A stretch of DNA of 64,000 bases from an uncultured Poribacteria bacterium (GCA_958296135.2 CATQHZ020000001.1:4032001-4096000); one strand, 5' to 3'; shown: positions 28,929 to 39,615, counted from the first letter of the stretch. Program-made: numbers and translations. Notes: generated by a model not told the origin, from the letters alone.

Positions 28929-29936
28929 ATGAAACAGCAACTGCGCGACCGTTTTGGACGCATCCATACGAATCTCAGAATTTCTGTCACAGATGTCTGC
29001 AACTTCCGGTGCATCTATTGCATGCCTGAAGACATGGCATTCATGCCGGATGCCGCCCTGATGAAGTTTGACGAAATCCTGCACCTCACCCGCATCTTCG
29101 CCGGGCTCGGGGTGAACAAAGTCCGCATCACCGGCGGCGAACCGCTCGTCCGGGCTGGCGTGCCGCAGCTCATCGCGCAACTGAAGCAAATCAACGGGGT
29201 GAAAGACATCAGTTTGACAACCAACGGCATCGGGCTCATTACGCAGGCGCAGGCACTCTACGATGCCGGGCTCCGCCGAATTAACGTGAGCCTTGATACC
29301 CTCAATGAGGAAAAGTTCGAGCAGATGACGCGCCGGAAAGTACTGTCACGCGTCATCGCTGGGCTCAAAGCGGCACACCAGTGCGGGTTCGACCCGATTA
29401 AAGTCAACGCCGTTGCAATGCGCGGGTTTACCGACGACGAAATCGTCGAACTCGCAACCTTCGCACGAGACAACGGCTACCAACTCCGGTTCATAGAATT
29501 CATGCCGCTCGATGCCGATGATATCTGGGGCAGGAATATGTTCATCCCAGGAAAAGAAATTATCGAAAAAATCAACGCTGTCTATCCGCTGGAGCCAGTA
29601 ACTCTCAACGGCGATGCCGCCAGGGATGCAAAAAGTGACACGGCGAAACGCTACCGATTCGCAGATAACGGCACCGAAGTCGGCGTGATACCCTCGGTAA
29701 GCGAACCGTTCTGTGAAAATTGCAACCGCGTCCGCCTCACTGCCGATGGCAAGTTCCGGACATGCCTCTTCTCGCTAACCGAGACAGACTTGCTCACGCC
29801 CCTACGCAACGGCGCATCGGACGAAGCGATTGCGCAGCTGATTCGCGATGCCGTCGCACAAAAAGCGGCAGGACATAAAATTAACGCCGCCGATTTCATC
29901 AAACCCGAACGAAACATGTCACGCATCGGCGGATAA
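28929..29936 (+). CDS. moaA: GTP 3',8-cyclase
   Basis: CNFRCIYC radical SAM motif, FCENCNRVRL...C, C-terminal MSRIGG. Confidence 0.97.
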   Translation: MKQQLRDRFGRIHTNLRISVTDVCNFRCIYCMPEDMAFMPDAALMKFDEILHLTRIFAGLGVNKVRITGGEPLVRAGVPQLIAQLKQINGVKDISLTTNGIGLITQAQALYDAGLRRINVSLDTLNEEKFEQMTRRKVLSRVIAGLKAAHQCGFDPIKVNAVAMRGFTDDEIVELATFARDNGYQLRFIEFMPLDADDIWGRNMFIPGKEIIEKINAVYPLEPVTLNGDAARDAKSDTAKRYRFADNGTEVGVIPSVSEPFCENCNRVRLTADGKFRTCLFSLTETDLLTPLRNGASDEAIAQLIRDAVAQKAAGHKINAADFIKPERNMSRIGG

Positions 29937-30019
29937 CACAACAAACGATAGCACGTAAATAACCCATCCCGACAGCAGGCCGTTAGGCCTGCAATGTCTA
30001 TAGGAGAACAACGCAACGA

Positions 30020-30805
30020 ATGAGCAATGCCCTGATGATTAAAGATTTGCACATCAGTGTCCAAGGAAAACCGATTATCAACGGCTTAAACCTCAACGTC
30101 AACCAAGGCGAAATTCATGCTTTGATGGGACCGAACGGCTCAGGCAAAAGCACCCTCGCCAACGGGTTAATGGGGCATCCACTCTACGAGATTGATGCCG
30201 GCGAAGTCGTTTTCAACGGTGCCAACATCCTGGAATTAGAGCCCAACGAACGCGCGAAACTCGGACTGTTCCTCGCATTCCAATACCCGACAGCCATTCC
30301 GGGCGTCAGTCTCGCAAATTTCCTGCGGCTCGCTGTCAGTGCCGTTCGTTCAGAAAGCGCCAACGGCACCGGGACTCACGAACTCATCCCAATGCGGGAA
30401 TTCCGCCGAGAACTCCGCCAGAAAATGAGGCAACTCGGCGTTGATGATTCCTTCGCCACGCGCTACCTCAACGACGGGTTTTCCGGCGGTGAGAAAAAGC
30501 GCGCCGAAATCCTGCAACTCGCGATGTTAGAACCCAAAATCGCCATTCTTGACGAGACAGACTCTGGCCTGGATATCGACGCAGTCAGAATCGTCGGCGA
30601 GAGTGTCAACCAACTAATCGGACCCGAATTGGGGGTGCTGATTATCACCCATTACCCACGACTGTTGGACTACATCCGCCCGCAGTTCGTGCACATCCTG
30701 CTTGATGGCAGAATCGTTGAATCCGGCGGATGGGAACTCACGCAGATGTTAGAGGCAGAAGGATATGACCCGGTCCGCGAGAGATATGGCATTGCCGAAG
30801 GGTAA
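30020..30805 (+). CDS. sufC: Fe-S cluster assembly ATPase
   Basis: GPNGSGKST, FLAFQYP, GFSGGEKKR, LDETDSGLD. Confidence 0.97.
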   Translation: MSNALMIKDLHISVQGKPIINGLNLNVNQGEIHALMGPNGSGKSTLANGLMGHPLYEIDAGEVVFNGANILELEPNERAKLGLFLAFQYPTAIPGVSLANFLRLAVSAVRSESANGTGTHELIPMREFRRELRQKMRQLGVDDSFATRYLNDGFSGGEKKRAEILQLAMLEPKIAILDETDSGLDIDAVRIVGESVNQLIGPELGVLIITHYPRLLDYIRPQFVHILLDGRIVESGGWELTQMLEAEGYDPVRERYGIAEG

Positions 30806-30877
30806 GCCCACCGCGCACCATCGCGCGAGGGAAAACCCGGCGATCGCTAATCGCCGAGGGTTACCCTCGCGAGGCTG

Positions 30878-30995
30878 CGTCTTATCAGAACAATCGCGGC
30901 GAACAAGCCCGCAATTTCGTCTTATCAAAACAATCGCGGCGAACAAGCCCGCAATTTCGTCTTATCAAAACAATCGCGGCGAACAAGCCCGCAAT
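30878..30995 (+). repeat. 40-bp tandem repeat x3 between sufC and sufB
   Basis: cgtcttatcaaaacaatcgcggcgaacaagcccgcaattt at 30878, 30918 and 30958. Confidence 0.95.
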
Positions 30996-31018
30996 ACGGA
31001 ATAAGGAGAAAAACGAAA

Positions 31019-32437
31019 ATGGCAACCCCACAAACCAACACCGTTGACGAACTCGGCATCAGTGCCGAGTACCAATACGGCTTCCACGACGACATCAAGC
31101 CGACGTTCAAATCCCGGAAAGGCCTGGACGAAGAAGTCATCAATCAGATGTCCGACATCAAGGGAGAACCCGACTGGATGCGCCAGTATCGGCTCGACGC
31201 TTACCAAATTTTTAAGCAGAAGCCGATGACAAAATGGGGCGGCGACCTTTCCCAACTTGACTTTGACGACATCTACTACTACGTCAAAGCCTCCGACCGG
31301 AGCGAGAGAAGCTGGGACGACGTGCCAGAGGACATCAAGCGAACCTTCGACCGGCTCGGCATCCCGGAGGCAGAACGGAAGTTCCTCGCCGGGGTCGGCG
31401 CGCAATACGACTCCGAAGTCGTCTACCACAGTATCGTCGAAGAATTGGAAAAAATCGGGGTGATTTTCCTGGATACCGACACCGCTATCAAGGAATACCC
31501 AGAACTGGTGAAGAAGTACTTCGGCACCATCATTCCCTCGGCGGATAACCAGTTCGCCGCGCTGAACAGTGCCGCGTGGAGCGGCGGAAGCTTCGTCTAT
31601 GTGCCCCCCGGGGTGAAAGTGGAATACCCGCTGCAGGCATACTTCCGCATCAACAGCGAGAACATGGGGCAGTTTGAGCGCACGCTCATCATCGCCGACG
31701 AAGGCTCGCAAGTGCATTACGTTGAAGGCTGCACCGCACCGACATACAGCAGTGAATCCTTGCACAGCGCCGTCGTTGAGATTGTCTGCATGAAGGGTTC
31801 GCGGGTGCGCTATACCACCATCCAGAATTGGGCGAACAACGTCTATAATCTCGTCACGAAGCGAGCCCTCGCTTACGAAGACGCGCAAATGGAGTGGGTG
31901 GACGGCAACCTCGGCAGTAAGCTGACGATGAAATACCCGAGCGTCTATATGATGGAGCCGGGGGCGCGTGGCGACATTCTCTCCATCGCCTTCGCCAGCA
32001 AAGGGCAGCATCAAGATGCCGGTGCCAAAGTTTACCATTGCGCACCGCACACTACCTCGCAGATTACCTCGAAGTCCATCAGCAAAGATGGCGGACGTTC
32101 CAGCTATCGCGGGTGGGTAGATGTTGCGAAAGGCGCGAAGGGATGCAAATCGCACGTCGTCTGTGACGCGCTCATCCTTGACAAGGACTCGCGCTCCGAT
32201 ACGTATCCCGTCATCGAAATTGGCGAGAACGATACGAACATCGAGCACGAAGCGCGCGTCAGCAAAATCGGTGAGGAGCAACTCTTCTACCTTATGAGCC
32301 GCGGGCTCTCAGAGGAAGAAGCATCAACGATGATTGTCAACGGGTTCATTGAGCCCCTTGTCAAAGAGCTCCCGATGGAATACGCTGTCGAGATGAACCG
32401 CCTCATCCAACTCCAGATGGAAGGCTCCGTCGGTTAG
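31019..32437 (+). CDS. sufB: Fe-S cluster assembly protein
   Basis: [38 protein letters not shown]. Confidence 0.97.
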   Translation: MATPQTNTVDELGISAEYQYGFHDDIKPTFKSRKGLDEEVINQMSDIKGEPDWMRQYRLDAYQIFKQKPMTKWGGDLSQLDFDDIYYYVKASDRSERSWDDVPEDIKRTFDRLGIPEAERKFLAGVGAQYDSEVVYHSIVEELEKIGVIFLDTDTAIKEYPELVKKYFGTIIPSADNQFAALNSAAWSGGSFVYVPPGVKVEYPLQAYFRINSENMGQFERTLIIADEGSQVHYVEGCTAPTYSSESLHSAVVEIVCMKGSRVRYTTIQNWANNVYNLVTKRALAYEDAQMEWVDGNLGSKLTMKYPSVYMMEPGARGDILSIAFASKGQHQDAGAKVYHCAPHTTSQITSKSISKDGGRSSYRGWVDVAKGAKGCKSHVVCDALILDKDSRSDTYPVIEIGENDTNIEHEARVSKIGEEQLFYLMSRGLSEEEASTMIVNGFIEPLVKELPMEYAVEMNRLIQLQMEGSVG

Positions 32438-32446
32438 GAAGGTGTC

Positions 32447-33802
32447 ATGCAAACAGGAGAATTTTCAAAAGCGTTTGTTCAGAAACTCGCCGAGGACGAA
32501 CCCCGCTGGATGCGCGACAAAAGGCTAGAGGCCTACGCGCGCTACGAGTCGCTGCTCATGCCGCACACCGCCGAAGATGATGTGTGGCGGCGCACCGTAG
32601 ATATGCGCACTCAGGACTATTGGCGGCGCACCCGGCGGCACCTCCGCGGGTTCGCCGTTGATACTTATCATCCAAGTATCCCATCGGTAAGCGCACGCGC
32701 CAATCGCGCCCATGAGGATGACGAAACCGCCGGCACCCTCGTGCAAGTAGATGGACAAACGCAACAGCACACAGTCTCAGCAGAATTGGCAAAACAAGGT
32801 GTCTACTTCGCAGACATCAGCACGGCGTTGAAGGAACGCGAGGAACTGCTCCGCGCCTACTTCATGAACAAGGCGGTTACGCTTGAAACGAAGTTAAAAA
32901 GCGGTAATATCGCGCTTCATAACAAATTTGACGCACTCCACGGCGCATTCTGGCACGGCGGATACGTGCTGCATGTCCCAAAAGGGGTACACGTTGAAAT
33001 CCCACTGCGCGTCAGCATCGCTCTGTCGGCAGCGAACCGGGCAGATTTATCGCACGCACTCATCATCGCAGAAGCAAGCAGTCAGGTTGTCCTCTCGGAG
33101 GAAAACTTCTCAACCGATGCAACGGCGAGTGGCATGCACAGCGGCGCAGTGGAAATTTTTGCCGGACAGAATGCCTCTGTCACCTACGTGCAAGCACAAC
33201 GGTGGAATCACCACGTCTGGAATTTTGCATCACATCGCGCCATCGCTGAACGCGATGCGCAACTCTGCTGGGTTACCGCAACGTTCGGCGGACGTTTAAA
33301 CAAACTAAACCAGGTCTCCGTGCTCGAAGGACCCGGCTGTGACGTGAAAATGCTCGGACTCTCTTTTACAGACCGGCGGCAGCACTTAGATGTCAGCACG
33401 GCGCAAGAGCATGTCGCACCGCATACGTCCAGCGATCTGCTCTACCGAACCGTCATGAAAGACCGGGCGCAAACAGCGTGGGGCGGCAACATTTACGTCT
33501 ATCCGGAGGCAAACTACACGGACGCGTACCAGAAAAACGACAACCTCGTTCTCAGCGAACGCGCACATGCAGATACGTTGCCAGGGTTAGAGATTCAGGC
33601 ACACGAGGTGCGCTGCACACACGGCGCAACCGCCGGGAAAATAGATCCGGAGCAAGTCTTTTACCTGATGAGCCGCGGCGTGCCTTACCCACAGGCGGAA
33701 AAACTGATTGTCGATGGGTTCTTTGAACCCGTCCTAGCACGGATTCCCCTGGAACCCGTCCGGGAAGAACTGAGCGCATCCATTAACCGAAAGTTAGGTT
33801 AA
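32447..33802 (+). CDS. sufD: Fe-S cluster assembly protein
   Basis: PGLEIQAHEVRCTHGAT, FYLMSRG; follows sufB. Confidence 0.93.
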   Translation: MQTGEFSKAFVQKLAEDEPRWMRDKRLEAYARYESLLMPHTAEDDVWRRTVDMRTQDYWRRTRRHLRGFAVDTYHPSIPSVSARANRAHEDDETAGTLVQVDGQTQQHTVSAELAKQGVYFADISTALKEREELLRAYFMNKAVTLETKLKSGNIALHNKFDALHGAFWHGGYVLHVPKGVHVEIPLRVSIALSAANRADLSHALIIAEASSQVVLSEENFSTDATASGMHSGAVEIFAGQNASVTYVQAQRWNHHVWNFASHRAIAERDAQLCWVTATFGGRLNKLNQVSVLEGPGCDVKMLGLSFTDRRQHLDVSTAQEHVAPHTSSDLLYRTVMKDRAQTAWGGNIYVYPEANYTDAYQKNDNLVLSERAHADTLPGLEIQAHEVRCTHGATAGKIDPEQVFYLMSRGVPYPQAEKLIVDGFFEPVLARIPLEPVREELSASINRKLG

Positions 33803-33977
33803 TCTAGACGAACCTATATCAAAAGGCGAGGGACAGTAGGAGAGACCTCCCGGTCTCGACACCTGCCCCCTCGTCCTACGCAAAATATAACGGCGAGGGA
33901 TAGGTTTCCCCCGCCCAACGGATAAGTAGCGCGCTTTCTAAGCGCACCACACAATCTCTATAGAGGAGAAACTCACA

Positions 33978-34319
33978 ATGAGTCAACCTAAAATCATTGC
34001 TTACATGAAACCAGTCTGTGGCTGGAGCAACGGCGTCCGCGCCATCTTCGCCAAATATGGACTGGCATACGAAGACCGGGATATTATCAACAACGCGGAC
34101 AACTACCGGGAAATGGTTCAGAAGACGCGGCAACCGTATCAGCCGTGTGTCCAAATCGACGATGTCGTACTCGCCGATGTCAGCGGAGACGAAGTTGAGC
34201 AATACCTCGTCGACGAGGGGATTGTCATGTCTAGCGCCACGGCGACAGATGTCCCCACCGACCAGGCCTGCGAAGACCACGGCCCCGCCGCTGTCAACAT
34301 CGGTTTTGCAGGACGGTAG
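33978..34319 (+). CDS. Monothiol glutaredoxin-like protein
   Basis: YMKPVCGWS motif, QPCVQI; RBS GAGGAG. Confidence 0.8.
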   Translation: MSQPKIIAYMKPVCGWSNGVRAIFAKYGLAYEDRDIINNADNYREMVQKTRQPYQPCVQIDDVVLADVSGDEVEQYLVDEGIVMSSATATDVPTDQACEDHGPAAVNIGFAGR

Positions 34320-34430
34320 CGCGGTTCACAGCCCCCTTTCATAAGGACGGAGGGCGTTCATATTCGGCCTCATGGCCGCCGGTAGGCGCGATTTGAAATC
34401 GCGCCTACCGGGCCCGTTTGAGGATAAAAA

Positions 34431-35681
34431 ATGCACACTGCCAATTTTCACCCTCTTGACGTGGAAGCTATCCGCCAAGATTTTCCGATCTTCGCGGGGG
34501 AACAGCCGCTCGCGTTCCTGGATAGTGCGGCATCCGCTCAGACACCGCAACCGGTTGTCGCAGCGATGGACACGTATTACGATACCTATCGTTCCAACAT
34601 CCATCGCGGTGTCTATCGCATCTCCGAGGAGGCAACAGCGCAATATGAGCGGGCCCGTGAGAAGGTTGCAAAGTTAATCAACGCACCGAACGCACGTCAG
34701 ATTGTCTTCACGCGAAACACAACGGAGGCCATCAATCTCGTCGCATACAGCTGGGGAAGCGCAACTATCGGGAAAGACGATGAAATCGTCCTCACCGTGA
34801 TGGAGCACCACAGCAACCTCGTCCCATGGCAGATCCTCGCGCAGCGCACCGGAGCAACGCTCCGCTTCGTTGAGATAACCGATGAAGGCTTGCTCAACTT
34901 TGCGCACCTCCGTGAACTGCTGACTGAAAAAACCAAACTCGTAGCAGTAACGCACGTCTCCAATGTACTCGGCACAGTCAATCCACTCCAGTCGATTATC
35001 GATGCCGCGCACGCCGTCGGCGCAAAGGTAGTCGTGGATGCCGCGCAATCGGTGCCACATTTTCGGGTGGACGTGCAACAACTCAATTGCGATTTTCTCG
35101 CCTTCTCCGGACATAAAATGTGCGGACCCACCGGCATCGGCGTGCTCTACGGAAAATTGCCGTTGTTGGAAGAGATGCCACCGTTCCTCGGAGGCGGCTC
35201 CATGATTCGCACCGTGGAACGCGACGTCTCCACTTATGCCGATGTTCCCGCGAAGTTTGAAGCAGGTACGCCTAGCATCGCCGAGGCAATCGGGCTCGGG
35301 CACGCCGCGGATTACATCACACAAGCAGGGTTAGAGGCAATCCACGTGCACACACAACAACTCCTGCAACACGCGCATCATCGCCTCAAGGAGACTCAAG
35401 GCATTACCCTCTACGGCCCCGAACCGCATCAGAAAGCCGGGGTACTCTCATTCAACGTAGCTGGTATCCATCCGCACGACATCGCCGGCATTTTGGATAT
35501 GCACGGCATCGCAATCCGCGCAGGACATCACTGCGCGCAACCGCTCATGCAGAAATTGGATGTCATCGCCACAGCGCGCGCCAGCTTTTACCTCTACAAC
35601 ACGCTGGAAGATGTAGAACGTTTATACGACGGCCTGCGCAAAGCACAGAAACTGATGCACAGGAGAAGTCACAGCCGGTAA
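34431..35681 (+). CDS. sufS: Cysteine desulfurase
   Basis: FLDSAAS, MEHHSN, FSGHKM, RAGHHCAQP. Confidence 0.95.
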   Translation: MHTANFHPLDVEAIRQDFPIFAGEQPLAFLDSAASAQTPQPVVAAMDTYYDTYRSNIHRGVYRISEEATAQYERAREKVAKLINAPNARQIVFTRNTTEAINLVAYSWGSATIGKDDEIVLTVMEHHSNLVPWQILAQRTGATLRFVEITDEGLLNFAHLRELLTEKTKLVAVTHVSNVLGTVNPLQSIIDAAHAVGAKVVVDAAQSVPHFRVDVQQLNCDFLAFSGHKMCGPTGIGVLYGKLPLLEEMPPFLGGGSMIRTVERDVSTYADVPAKFEAGTPSIAEAIGLGHAADYITQAGLEAIHVHTQQLLQHAHHRLKETQGITLYGPEPHQKAGVLSFNVAGIHPHDIAGILDMHGIAIRAGHHCAQPLMQKLDVIATARASFYLYNTLEDVERLYDGLRKAQKLMHRRSHSR

Positions 35682-35788
35682 GAACGACTGCCGCATCGCA
35701 ACAAGGAAATGCAAGGCACAAAACCCTCGTCCCCTACGGCAGGAAGTCGCGCACGGTTAAATGATTTGATCACCCCTCGGAGAAACCG

Positions 35789-36181
35789 ATGAACATCTAT
35801 CAGGAAGAACTACTAGATCACTACGAAAACCCGAGTAACTACGGCACACTGCCAAATCCGGATATCTCTCACGAAGAAGACAATCCGTTGTGTGGCGACA
35901 GAATTCGGCTCGATCTGGTTGTTGAAGACGACACTATCAAGGAGGTGCGGTTCTCTGGGCACGGATGCACCATCAGTCAAGCCGCCGCCTCGATGTTGAC
36001 AGAAGAGATTGAGGGGAAAACCCTCGCCGAAGTCAAACAATTCTCGCGAGATGACATCTTGGACATGATTGGCATTCCGTTAGGACCGGTTCGCCTAAAG
36101 TGTGCATTGTTGCCCCTCAAAGTCCTGAAAGCCGGCGCATATGGCATCACAGGATGGCCAGGCGAAGAGGATTTTTCCTAG
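35789..36181 (+). CDS. sufU: SUF system NifU-family scaffold/sulfur-transfer protein
   Basis: NPLCGD, GCTISQA, RLKCA. Confidence 0.92.
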   Translation: MNIYQEELLDHYENPSNYGTLPNPDISHEEDNPLCGDRIRLDLVVEDDTIKEVRFSGHGCTISQAAASMLTEEIEGKTLAEVKQFSRDDILDMIGIPLGPVRLKCALLPLKVLKAGAYGITGWPGEEDFS

Positions 36182-36309
36182 CACCGAAAAGCGTTTCATT
36201 ACAATGATTCGCGCAACGACGTTTGTCCGCGTAACCCGTCATTACAGGCGGCAGTTGAACTGACGAAACAACTCGCCTGTCTTGTGATGACAACGTTTTT
36301 AGGAAAACT

Positions 36310-36621
36310 ATGCCAGAATTTTACAAAGTTGCCAAAGTGAATGAAGTGCCACCGGGCACCAAAAAAATAGTCGAAGTGGATTTCGTCCCAGTGCTACTTT
36401 TCAACGTCAAGGGCGAATTTTACGCGATAGAAGACGTTTGCACGCACGATGGCGGGCCCCTCGGCGAAGGATGGTTCAACGGCGACGAAATCGAGTGCCC
36501 ACGCCACGGCGCACGGTTCTGCGTCAAAACCGGCGAACCCCTCTGCATGCCCGCCGTCGAGGCAGTGGAATGCTATCCAATCAAAGTTGAGGACGATGAT
36601 ATCCTCATCAGCGTGGATTAA
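36310..36621 (+). CDS. Rieske-type ferredoxin
   Basis: CTH...CPRHG. Confidence 0.92.
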   Translation: MPEFYKVAKVNEVPPGTKKIVEVDFVPVLLFNVKGEFYAIEDVCTHDGGPLGEGWFNGDEIECPRHGARFCVKTGEPLCMPAVEAVECYPIKVEDDDILISVD

Positions 36622-36726
36622 CACCCCAACTTACCTGGAGGACGAGGACTTGTCCCTCGCCGCGCATAGGCGTGGCGATGAACACCCTAACTTACTTACC
36701 CGGAGGACGAGGACTTGTCCCTCGCC
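36620..36726 (+). repeat. Two direct copies of a REP-like unit
   Basis: aacaccc.aacttac...ggaggacgaggacttgtccctcgcc twice. Confidence 0.8.
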
Positions 36727-36747
36727 TTGCCATTAGGAGAAAATAAA

Positions 36748-37047
36748 ATGGTATCCGAAGAATCCGTATTCGAGGCAATCAAACAGATTATCGACCCGGA
36801 AATTGGCATCAACATCGTCGACATGGGGCTTATCTACGGCGTTGACATCAATGACACGACTGTCGATATTACGATGACCTTGACGAGCCCCGGCTGCCCC
36901 GCCGGCGGGCAAATTATCAACGGCACACAGCACGTCACGCAGCAAATGGACGACGTTGACGAAGTGAACGTGAATGTCGTCTGGACACCGCGCTGGAGCA
37001 TGGAAATGATGAGCGAGGACGCAAAGGACGAACTCGGCATCTTCTAG
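36748..37047 (+). CDS. DUF59/SufT-like Fe-S assembly protein
   Basis: IDPEIGINIVDMGLIY, TLTSPGCP. Confidence 0.9.
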   Translation: MVSEESVFEAIKQIIDPEIGINIVDMGLIYGVDINDTTVDITMTLTSPGCPAGGQIINGTQHVTQQMDDVDEVNVNVVWTPRWSMEMMSEDAKDELGIF

Positions 37048-37163
37048 GTTTCTCGTCTCAGCACCAGGCGTTCGGACACGCCTCCTGTGCAATCACATTT
37101 CCATACCAGTTCCGCAGGCACCGTTGTTGCATGCCGCGTTCCTAGGACTCAGTTTTTTGGCCG

Positions 37164-37535
37164 ATGCAATCGAGTAAACAACCCAAAACCCTCAAAAAGC
37201 ACGACACCGCCTTCCAGATCGAGTGGAAGGACGCGCACGTCAGCCGGTATCCGTATCCTTACCTCCGGCAGATGTGCCCGTGCGCCGAATGCGCCATCAT
37301 CAGGCACAAGGGACAGGACATCCACTCCCTCTTCTCACCGCAAGGTGACGGCGATGTGACGCTGATTGAGGTGACACCGGATATTCAGCCGCTGGACATC
37401 CAACTCGTGGGCCGCTACGCGCTCCAATTCAGTTGGAACGATGGACATGGGTTCGGCATTTATCCGTTTGACGTGCTGCGCGAGATTTGTCCCTGTCCAG
37501 ACTGCGCACAACAAGCATCATCAAACTCATCGTAG
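37164..37535 (+). CDS. DUF971 (GBBH-N-like) protein
   Basis: LRQMCPCAEC, VGRYAL, WNDGH.GIY. Confidence 0.88.
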   Translation: MQSSKQPKTLKKHDTAFQIEWKDAHVSRYPYPYLRQMCPCAECAIIRHKGQDIHSLFSPQGDGDVTLIEVTPDIQPLDIQLVGRYALQFSWNDGHGFGIYPFDVLREICPCPDCAQQASSNSS

Positions 37536-37579
37536 GGCGGGGGACAGGCCCCCGCCATGCCTAAGGAAAACCCCGATAC

Positions 37580-37912
37580 ATGCAAACACCACAGTTACCC
37601 GAAATTTCACCACGTGCCCTCAAACAGCAACTTGACGCAAACAAAACAGTGCTGTTACTGGATGTGCGCGAACCGCACGAATATGACATCGTGCACCTTG
37701 ACGGCGCACGCCTCATCCCCCTCAACGAACTGCCGCAAAATGTGGACAGCCTTGACCCGGGGCAGGACACCGTCGTCTACTGCCACCACGGCACGCGCAG
37801 CCTGTATGCAACCGCTTTTTTGCTACAGAACGGATTTGACAACGTTAAAAACCTAGATGGCGGCATCGACCGGTGGGCAGCTGAGATTGATTCAACCCTG
37901 AACAGATACTAA
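37580..37912 (+). CDS. Rhodanese-like protein
   Basis: LLDVREPHE, YCHHGTRS, NLDGGIDRW. Confidence 0.92.
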   Translation: MQTPQLPEISPRALKQQLDANKTVLLLDVREPHEYDIVHLDGARLIPLNELPQNVDSLDPGQDTVVYCHHGTRSLYATAFLLQNGFDNVKNLDGGIDRWAAEIDSTLNRY

Positions 37913-38023
37913 AAATCGCAAGGGCGGATTGTAGGCGAGTCCTCCCAGTCTCGATTTCTCTCAATGCCGCGCCTTAGCATTGTAGGAACGGATGGCTATA
38001 TCCACTCCCTCCTGAGAGGTAAT

Positions 38024-38197
38024 ATGATTGTTGAATTTGAAAACCGCTCCGGCGAATTAGAGCAAGCGGACATGGAAATTGACGAACCGTGCCCCATCTG
38101 CTGCGGCATGCTCTTCCCCATCGTGGAGTCCCAGCCCGAAAGTGGGTATCGGTGCAGCAGCTGCGGGCTTGTCTTTGAACCTGTTGAAGAAGAGTAG
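38024..38197 (+). CDS. Small zinc-ribbon protein
   Basis: RBS GAGGT, CPICC...CSSC. Confidence 0.7.
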   Translation: MIVEFENRSGELEQADMEIDEPCPICCGMLFPIVESQPESGYRCSSCGLVFEPVEEE

Positions 38198-38489
38198 ACA
38201 GAACTCGCGCAGACCTTGGAAGCGCGCTACGGATAGGGTGGGCTTCCATGGCGCAACTACGGCAAGCCTTAAGACGAGGATAAGGCCTTGATTCACAAGT
38301 ATAACACATCTTCGTCTGAGCTGTAATCAGATCCGACTACAGATTTTTTGATGGCGCAGCAGATACCCGCTTCGGCGGGAGTTAGCCCAGGGGACGGCTT
38401 AAGTCCCCACCTAACAGATGGAGGAAGAAGCCCGCTGAGGTTCCCGCCACGTCTAAAGACTTGGGATTCTCTTGCTTCTTTGTTGAACC
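38198..38489. mobile_element. Structured intergenic segment with IS200/IS605-end-like palindrome
   Basis: ccacgtctaaagacttgggattctc at 38447-38471 resembles IS605-family subterminal hairpins; cUUCGg hairpin at 38366-38379. Confidence 0.35.
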
Positions 38490-39473
38490 ATGATAAAATG
38501 CGCACTTATCAGCGGCAGAGGCATGGGACTCATGCACGGTGGAAATTTCCACGCCCATCCCGACGCAGAAGTTGTCGCCGTTTGCGACATGGATGCCGAA
38601 CTCCTCGCAACAGCTGAGGAAAAATTTGGCGCGCCCGGGTACCCGACGATTCAGGAACTCCTAGCCAATTGTGACGCAGAACTCGTACTCATGATTGTCA
38701 ACGAAACCCGGCGCATACCACCCCTACGACAACTACTCGCCGCCGGACAGAACGTCTTCACCGAAAAACCGCTGTGCGGGTTAGAGGGACAATCTCGGCT
38801 ACGCGAGGCAGACCTCGGGATAGCAGCACCCGCCATCAAAGAATGGCGAACCTCCCAACTCAAATTCGGCATCGATTTCAACTACCGATTTATGCACCAC
38901 TTCCGCAAACTGCATGACGATGTAGCGGAAGGAAGATTGGGCGAAATCCGGACCGTCCGCGCCCGAGCCCATTTCAACTGCTGGTCCCACGTCATCGATC
39001 AGGTGCTTTGGACGATGGGACTGCCAGAATGGGTAAGCGTTATCGGCGACCCGAGCGAAGCCGGCGGCTGGCAGCGACTCATCCATATCGGATGGGCAAA
39101 CGGAGCCATCGGCTCGCTGGATGGCACAAACCTGTGGGGTTACGATGACCATCCGCTACGCGTCATGATCGTCGGCGATAAATCCTACGCCGAAGCGCGC
39201 GGACTTGATGGCTGGTACCGCCGCCGAGCATCGAACAGTTCCGAAGAGGAAGAACTCTGGGAAAGCGAGGAAGGCAAACCGGAGATGCCCGAATCTTTCC
39301 GCAGGATGGCTGACGGTGTCATCAAAGCGATGCATGCCGATACCGCATTCCCCGCAGACGGTGAAGCAGCGTGGAATGAGCTGCTGTTTGAGGCAGCGGT
39401 GCATCGCTCCGCCTTACAAAACGGTGCTCGGGTCTGCCTCGCAGACGTGGAAACCGCCGCAATGGCCCTATAA
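38490..39473 (+). CDS. Gfo/Idh/MocA family oxidoreductase
   Basis: VVAVCD, VFTEKPL, FNYRF. Confidence 0.88.
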   Translation: MIKCALISGRGMGLMHGGNFHAHPDAEVVAVCDMDAELLATAEEKFGAPGYPTIQELLANCDAELVLMIVNETRRIPPLRQLLAAGQNVFTEKPLCGLEGQSRLREADLGIAAPAIKEWRTSQLKFGIDFNYRFMHHFRKLHDDVAEGRLGEIRTVRARAHFNCWSHVIDQVLWTMGLPEWVSVIGDPSEAGGWQRLIHIGWANGAIGSLDGTNLWGYDDHPLRVMIVGDKSYAEARGLDGWYRRRASNSSEEEELWESEEGKPEMPESFRRMADGVIKAMHADTAFPADGEAAWNELLFEAAVHRSALQNGARVCLADVETAAMAL

Positions 39474-39615
39474 TACCAAACTCGCTCATTTGTAAGGGCG
39501 GACGCTATATCCGCCCGACACATTACCGCACCCCCAAGCGTCTCACCAGACGATTCAACTTCATTGGGTATAAAACCGTTGAGAGGTTAATGCCTATAGG
39601 AGGAAACGTTCCATC

